Shown here: positions 58,201 to 64,000 of the stretch, in pieces
Position numbering within the stretch: the stretch's first letter is position 1
Layout of the letters: every line of letters starts with the position of its first letter
Assembly: GCA_964016885.1 (NCBI GenBank)
Contig: OZ024741.1
Location: 33,046,001-33,110,000 of the forward strand
Direction: 5' to 3'
Source of the DNA: Eledone cirrhosa
Taxonomy: Eukaryota
DNA length: 64,000 nucleotides
The notes under the pieces: generated by a model
What the model was told of the DNA's origin: nothing
Database searches by the model: none
Seen by the model: the letters and a program-made list of their open reading frames with translations, nothing else
Program-made: the position numbers and the translations under genes

Positions 58201-59966
58201 GCTTTGGGCCCGTCTTCAGAGGCTGGATCGCTGCCATGCACAGCGACATCTGCTCTGTGGTGAGAGTGAACGGTCACCTTTCGGAACCGTTCAACATCAT
58301 GCGCTCGGTCCGCCAAGGATGTCCCCTCTCGTCTCTCTTGTACGTATTGACTCTCGAGCCATTACTGCACAAACTGGAGACGTTGATGGGGTCCCGCGTT
58401 AACTAGGATGCAGAAAATCCGTGTCAGCATATGCGGACGATGTCACCGTAGTGGTGTCGAACGCCAAACACATCGAGGCGATCGGCTCTTCACTAAGAGA
58501 ATACGAAGCGGTGACAGGAGCAATGATCAACCAGGAAAAGTCAGTGGGCCTGCAGCTCGGCACCTGGAGAGGCAGGTCCATGCCATCCAACAGCGTCGTC
58601 GGGCGCTGGACGGACGGACCGGTTAAATTGCTAGGTGTCTGGTTCGGTCCGGACCTCCATACGGATAAAATCTGGGACGAGGTGACGAGCAGGGTGGCTT
58701 CTCTCACCCTGAAATGGGCGGAGAGGAAGCTATCCCTAAAAGGTCGAGCGGAGGTGGCTAACGCGTACATCGCGTCCGTCATCTAGTACCGCCTGACCGT
58801 CGTACCTTGTCCTAAGCCCCGCCTGACTGCGCTGGAGCGTTTGCTCTTTCGCTTTTTGTGGAAGGGACGCGCTCCGATGGTCAGGCGGTCCATCTGCTGT
58901 CAACACCCGCTACGAGGAGGGCTGGGTATGCCGTGGCTGATGATGCGCAGACACGCGCTCAGGCTACGACATCTCCACCTCTTCCTCGACGGTGATCAGG
59001 TGTGGTTGCCGTTTGCTAGCCGCGTCTTTTCCCAGCTCGTCTCCTTGACGGAGCTGCAGTCCTAGGTCAAGCGAAGACCGAGAGGGAGCGCTTGGAGACT
59101 GGAATGTCTTCAGGCGCTCACAGCCCTCGACCAATCGGGCAATGTGATCGGTGGAAACTCCACCATGGCGTTCTATAGAGGATTAGTGGAGGGGAAGAGC
59201 GACGACGTACTTGGAGAAACTCTGTATGTCGACGAAAATCAACTAGCCAATCTCTTCGCATAAACACTACAGGCATGGAGGTGCCGTCAGCCGTGCATGT
59301 CCGAGATGCGCGCAGGGCGACGAAACCGTCCTGCACGCACTCGTCCAGTGTCCGAGCATTGCTGACTTGTGGGTTTATGTCGAACACCTGCTGTCACGTG
59401 TAGGACGGATCCAGCTATCAGCTGAGTCCATCGTGAGGATTGCTCCGCCCTCTTCCTTTAGCCGGGAAGGGCAGGCAGTTTTTATCTGTCTGATAGCCAT
59501 GGCGAAAGAGATAGTATGGTGGACACGTTTGAAAGGGCTGAAGACGAGCACTTACCTCTTCGGTGTTGCCCTGATTAACTTTTTCAAATTTCATTTGAAA
59601 AGGAAAATCAGGGTAGAGAGGGGAGTGCTCTCTTCCCAGCGTTTTGTTGAAAGATGGGTGAGAGAAGCAAGAATGGCCCGAGTGAATGGGCCTACTCTGA
59701 GTATGTGTCTGTAAATTAAAGGTGGAAAACTGGGAGAGGGCACTTGCACTGGTGGTCAGGGTCACTGTGGCTTTTAATGGGCTTTCTCCACATATGTCCC
59801 TCGGAAGTCTCCCCCCTATTGGGGATTTTTTTCATTGTTATTTTTTTGTTACATCCTCTGTTTTTGTTTCTTTTTACACGCAGAAATGCCCATTTGTACC
59901 CTCCTGTATTGTCCTGTACTATCCTTAATGTCTACTTTATGTAAACCCTTGTGGTTAATAAAGAAA
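55245..59966 (+). mobile_element. Tx1-like LINE, full span, APE domain deleted, inserted in (ATT)n
   Basis: ORF1 to 57309 with CVVCGEGTHLRAFC; ORF2 remnants with LDQSKAFD, RQGCPLS, YADD; AATAAA followed by (ATT)n. Confidence 0.9.
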
Positions 59967-59996
59967 GCATTATTATTATTAGTATTACTATTATTG

Positions 59997-62900
59997 GTTG
60001 GTGAAGCCACGCTTCTTATCGCCTCCAGTCTTTTTCAACGTTTTACCTCTTTTTCAACCGTTCTAAACCTTTTATTCAAGTTTTAAATTTGATAAAAGTT
60101 TAGAAGTGACCCACCTAATACAGGGGTTCACTAGTAAATAATACGGCACCCCTTTACGGGGTGTCGTATTCGTATTGTGTAAAAATATTTTTTGAAAAAT
60201 TTCAACATAGATAACACAAAAAAGACAACACAGAGAGAGGGAGACTTTATCAGCATGTCAACAAGACAGCGTTCCAGCGGAGGTAAATATAAACGAAAAT
60301 ATTACAAAGGAAAAAAAGATTGTTACAGATTTAAAATTAACAAATATTTCTAACACAAACAACACCAACAATAACACCAACAACATCACCAACAACAACA
60401 CCAAAAATAACAGCGGTAAAGTCGAGAACGACAATAACAAAAATAACAGCGGTAAGGTCGAGAACGACAATAAAAAAAATAACAGCGGTAAGGTCGAGAA
60501 CGACAATAACAAAAATAACAGCGGTAAGGTCGAGAACGACAATAACAAAGACAATAACAACAGCCACAACAACAATAATAGTAGGAACACTATCAACAAA
60601 AACAACAATAATAACAACAGTCACAATAACAGTAACAGCAGCAACAGTATCAACGAAAACAACACCAACATCTGTACCAGCGAAAAGAACAACAATGACA
60701 CCGATACCTGTAATAGCGACCTCAGCACCACCTGTAAGACCACTAGCGGCAGCAATAGTGGTGCTGCTGAAAAAGGGACCACTTCTTTTGCAGGTGTCGC
60801 CCGAAATATCGAAACAGTGTTAGTTACAAAGGAGGAGATGGCAGTAGCAAGGGCCATGGTGACAAGAAGCGCAAATAGAGTTTCGCTGAAACCTCCACCC
60901 AATTTTTTCAAGGACCAGCAGCTACGAACGGTGACTTACCGCACCGTAAGCAAAATCTCACATCGAGTGGAGAGAGCCATGGAGGCTCAAATCCAAAAGG
61001 CCTTGGGGTGCGTCTGGGCACGCAAAACCCACATCACCCGAGGCAGAAAGTACGCCACAGTAGACGTACTTTTCGCCACACCCCAGGAAGCAAAGTCTCA
61101 CTCTTTGGAAAGCCTAAAGAGTGAGGAGTTAGTCTTGGTGCCCTCCTACTGCGGGCAGAAAATTGTGAGGGTCAAAGTGACCCAGGTCCCACCCCACGTG
61201 CCCTTACCTTGGCTGGCCGCGTCTGTCCTTGCTGGAATTGAGAACAGGGTGACCATGCTGCAAGTAGAAAAAATTGGGAGAGAGAACTGGTCAGGTATAG
61301 ACATGCAAATGCTTATACAAACTGACCAGGAATGTATCGAGGCTATCCCCGATATCATAGACTTTGAGGAAGGACTCTAACTCCCTATAAGTGTAGAAGG
61401 AAGACGGCCAAAATGTTATCTCTGTGGGTCGAAAGGTCACCTCAGGGCCTTTTACCCGCAGAAGACACCGAAGAGGGCCCCTCTTCTTCCAATACCTGGT
61501 CCGCTGCTACTAAGAGCAGGACAGGCAACAAACGAAGAAGCCCCTTCCACGGTAAGTAGGAGGGCAACGTCCGTAGCACCCGTACCAAGGCCACGGATAA
61601 CTAAAGCAGCATCATCAGTAGCGGCAACACCAATAGCTACATTTGAAATAGCTACACCAGCAACAACATTGCCGAAGAGGGCTCCACTACCACCACCAAC
61701 AGCCGTGGAGCACATACCCCTCCCAGACGCCACAGAATCCGACATGGAGTTTGAGGCGGGAGTGACGTGGCAAACAGTCTGCCACAAAAAACAAAAAACA
61801 AAAAACCCTTAGATTCACCCTCCAAAAGAGAAGGCATACAAAGAGGGGTAAAGGCAGCAAGGAAACTTGCAACAACACCACCACAAACACCAACAACGCA
61901 AACACAACAAGACACACACACCAAACAGCAACAAGAAGAAAACGGCAACAAAATCACCCCTCCCCCCAAAAAGTACACAGCCATAAACATAGCAAAAAAA
62001 GAACTCGTAAAATATATAAAGCAGCACACAGACATCACGGAAAAAAATTACTACACTCCACCAACACCAAGAACTCTCCCGACAAACATAAGCATCATCG
62101 AAATCTCATTAGAACAATACAAACCTTTAAAACAAAAATTCCCCAACGCAGTTGGAGACTTTAGAGGGACGGTTACCAAGAGGATATACACTGACATCCT
62201 CTTGGAAACACCCATGACCAGCGAAATGGACGGTTCTACTGTCCCTTCACCACACGAACAAGGTAAGTGACCCTTTCTCATTTGCCCCGTTTCTCATCCA
62301 ACATGGCTGTACTCAGAATAGGCAGTATAAATGCACGTGGCCTGGGGTCATCTTGGAAGCAGGGTCACCTGCTCAATGACCTCAGGTCACTAAACATAGA
62401 TGTGGTGGCCATCAGTGAAACCAGAATCTCCGAGGCACGGGCCTTCGCACCGATCTTCGGCGGCTACGATGTATACGCATCTCCCAGCCGTCCAGGATCG
62501 GGGGAGGGGTTGCCGTCCTTTTTCGGAGAGGCTTGGATCTCGCGATACGGGCCATCCTCCTGGACCCAGAAGGTCAGTCGGTGGTGCTGGACGTGACCGG
62601 CAGCGAAGGCAATGCTTTCAGGCTAGTAGCCGTCTACGCCCCAACAGGGGCAGGACGGCCAGATTTCTTCAGACGTCTAGAGACCTTTACTGGAACGTCC
62701 CGCTCTTTAGTGTTAGTGGGCGACTGGAACGGTATCTTGGATGCACGCTGGGATCGTGTGGGGCTAGTGGATAGGGGAGGAGGGTGCAAGAGCCTCACCA
62801 ACCTGCTCAGACGTTTTGAACTGTCTGACAGGTATCGACTGGATCACCCGAATGTGCCAATGTGGACATGGACAAACCTCATCGGGTCATCCAGATCGTA

Positions 62901-64000
62901 TCTAGATAGGGTATTCTGCAGGTAACTAGATAAGGCTAGTATAAGTTGTCCACAATTTAAAATAGTCGACTACACAGACCACAAATTTGTGATCTGTGAC
63001 ATCGACATAGACAGACTTCATAGACAAGGGCCTGGTTACTGGAAGCTGAACGCGTCTTTCCCGGCGCGCAAGGCCTACAGAGACCGGATTAGCGTATTGG
63101 TTAAGCGGGCGTTGACGGGAGCGGTCGTCAGCAACAGGTGGTGGTTCGCCCTGAAAAGGGCAATTAAAGTAGAGTCGATTAGGTTTAGCAAAGGAGTAGT
63201 GATAGAGGAAAATAGAATAGAGGGAGAACTAGTCAGAAAGATAGAAGAGGCGTTTAGGACAGGCATCGCAATCGACGTGCTTGCGGCGAGATTGACACTC
63301 GACCAATTCTTTAACGCAAAACACGAAGGCTGCGTTGTCAGAGCTAGAGGGGACAAAAGCCGTCCAATGGGCCCGGGTGGCAGAGGCGCGACGTGGCAAT
63401 AAAGCCACAATTCGGTCTTTGTCTGACCAAAACGAGTGCGTGATGCGCGATCCCGAGCGGATGTGTGAAGCTTTTCAGCAGCACTTTGCTGAACTGTTCG
63501 GGAGCGGCGGCGGCCCGGATCGGGACATGGACTTCAGTGCATACCTCGACGGATTGCCTCGGCTCTCGACGACCGCAGCACAGTGTTGCGAAAAGCCAAT
63601 AACAGCCGGTGAAATACGGGAAGCGATGGCTAACTGCACAAGAGGTAAATCGCCAGGTTTAGATGGTCTGCCCTACGAGCTTTATGCATTTATACCAGAC
63701 TTGTTCGGTGACCTCTTGGCAGACGTCTACTGCAACTGGCAGCAGAACAGGAGCATTCCCAGTTTTGTGAGCCGGGAGCAGTGGCGCTGCTGAGAAAAGA
63801 CTCGAACAAGGGGGATGTTATTGATAATTTCAGGCCCATAACTCTGCTAAACGCAGAGTTCAAGATTTTGGCCAAGGTGTTAGCAACGAGGTTGGCGCTT
63901 GTCGTCAAGGGTCTGGTGGGAGAGGCGCAGACATGCGCCATCCCGGACAGATCCATACACGACAACCTCCACCTCATGCGATACATCATAGAGAGGGTGG
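59997..64000 (+). mobile_element. Tx1-like LINE (ORF1, APE and start of RT), runs off the window
   Basis: ORF1 ~60255-62270 with CYLCGSKGH; ORF2 ATG 62303 with INARGL, GDWN, YLDR, TDH, KSPGLDGLP. Confidence 0.9.

Overview
Repeat-saturated, gene-free animal genomic DNA. It is AT-rich, full of (TA)n/(CA)n/(GA)n/(GATA)n tracts, and its SINEs and repeat style suggest a cephalopod such as an octopus (inference). No host gene was recognised, and most track ORFs are microsatellite artefacts. Contents: one 8.7-kb Helitron (decayed RepHel with a GT-AG intron); decayed Penelope-like elements (PLE; RT plus C-terminal GIY-YIG); nine Tx1-like LINE copies, mostly in two head-to-tail arrays inserted in (TATC)n and (ATT)n; tRNA-derived SINEs; a piggyBac-type MITE; and a possible solo LTR. 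Main hidden signal: about 10 unrelated short non-coding families carry minimal hammerhead ribozymes (HHRs) and sit mostly in (TA)n tracts. Most occur as fold-back palindromes with a fixed polarity (the ribozyme reads away from the apex), and one is a 428-nt tandem retrozyme-like unit. Also noted: unassigned covarying RNA-like structures, and a conserved splice donor at the ORF1/ORF2 junction of the Tx1 LINEs. All structures were read by eye and no searches were run.
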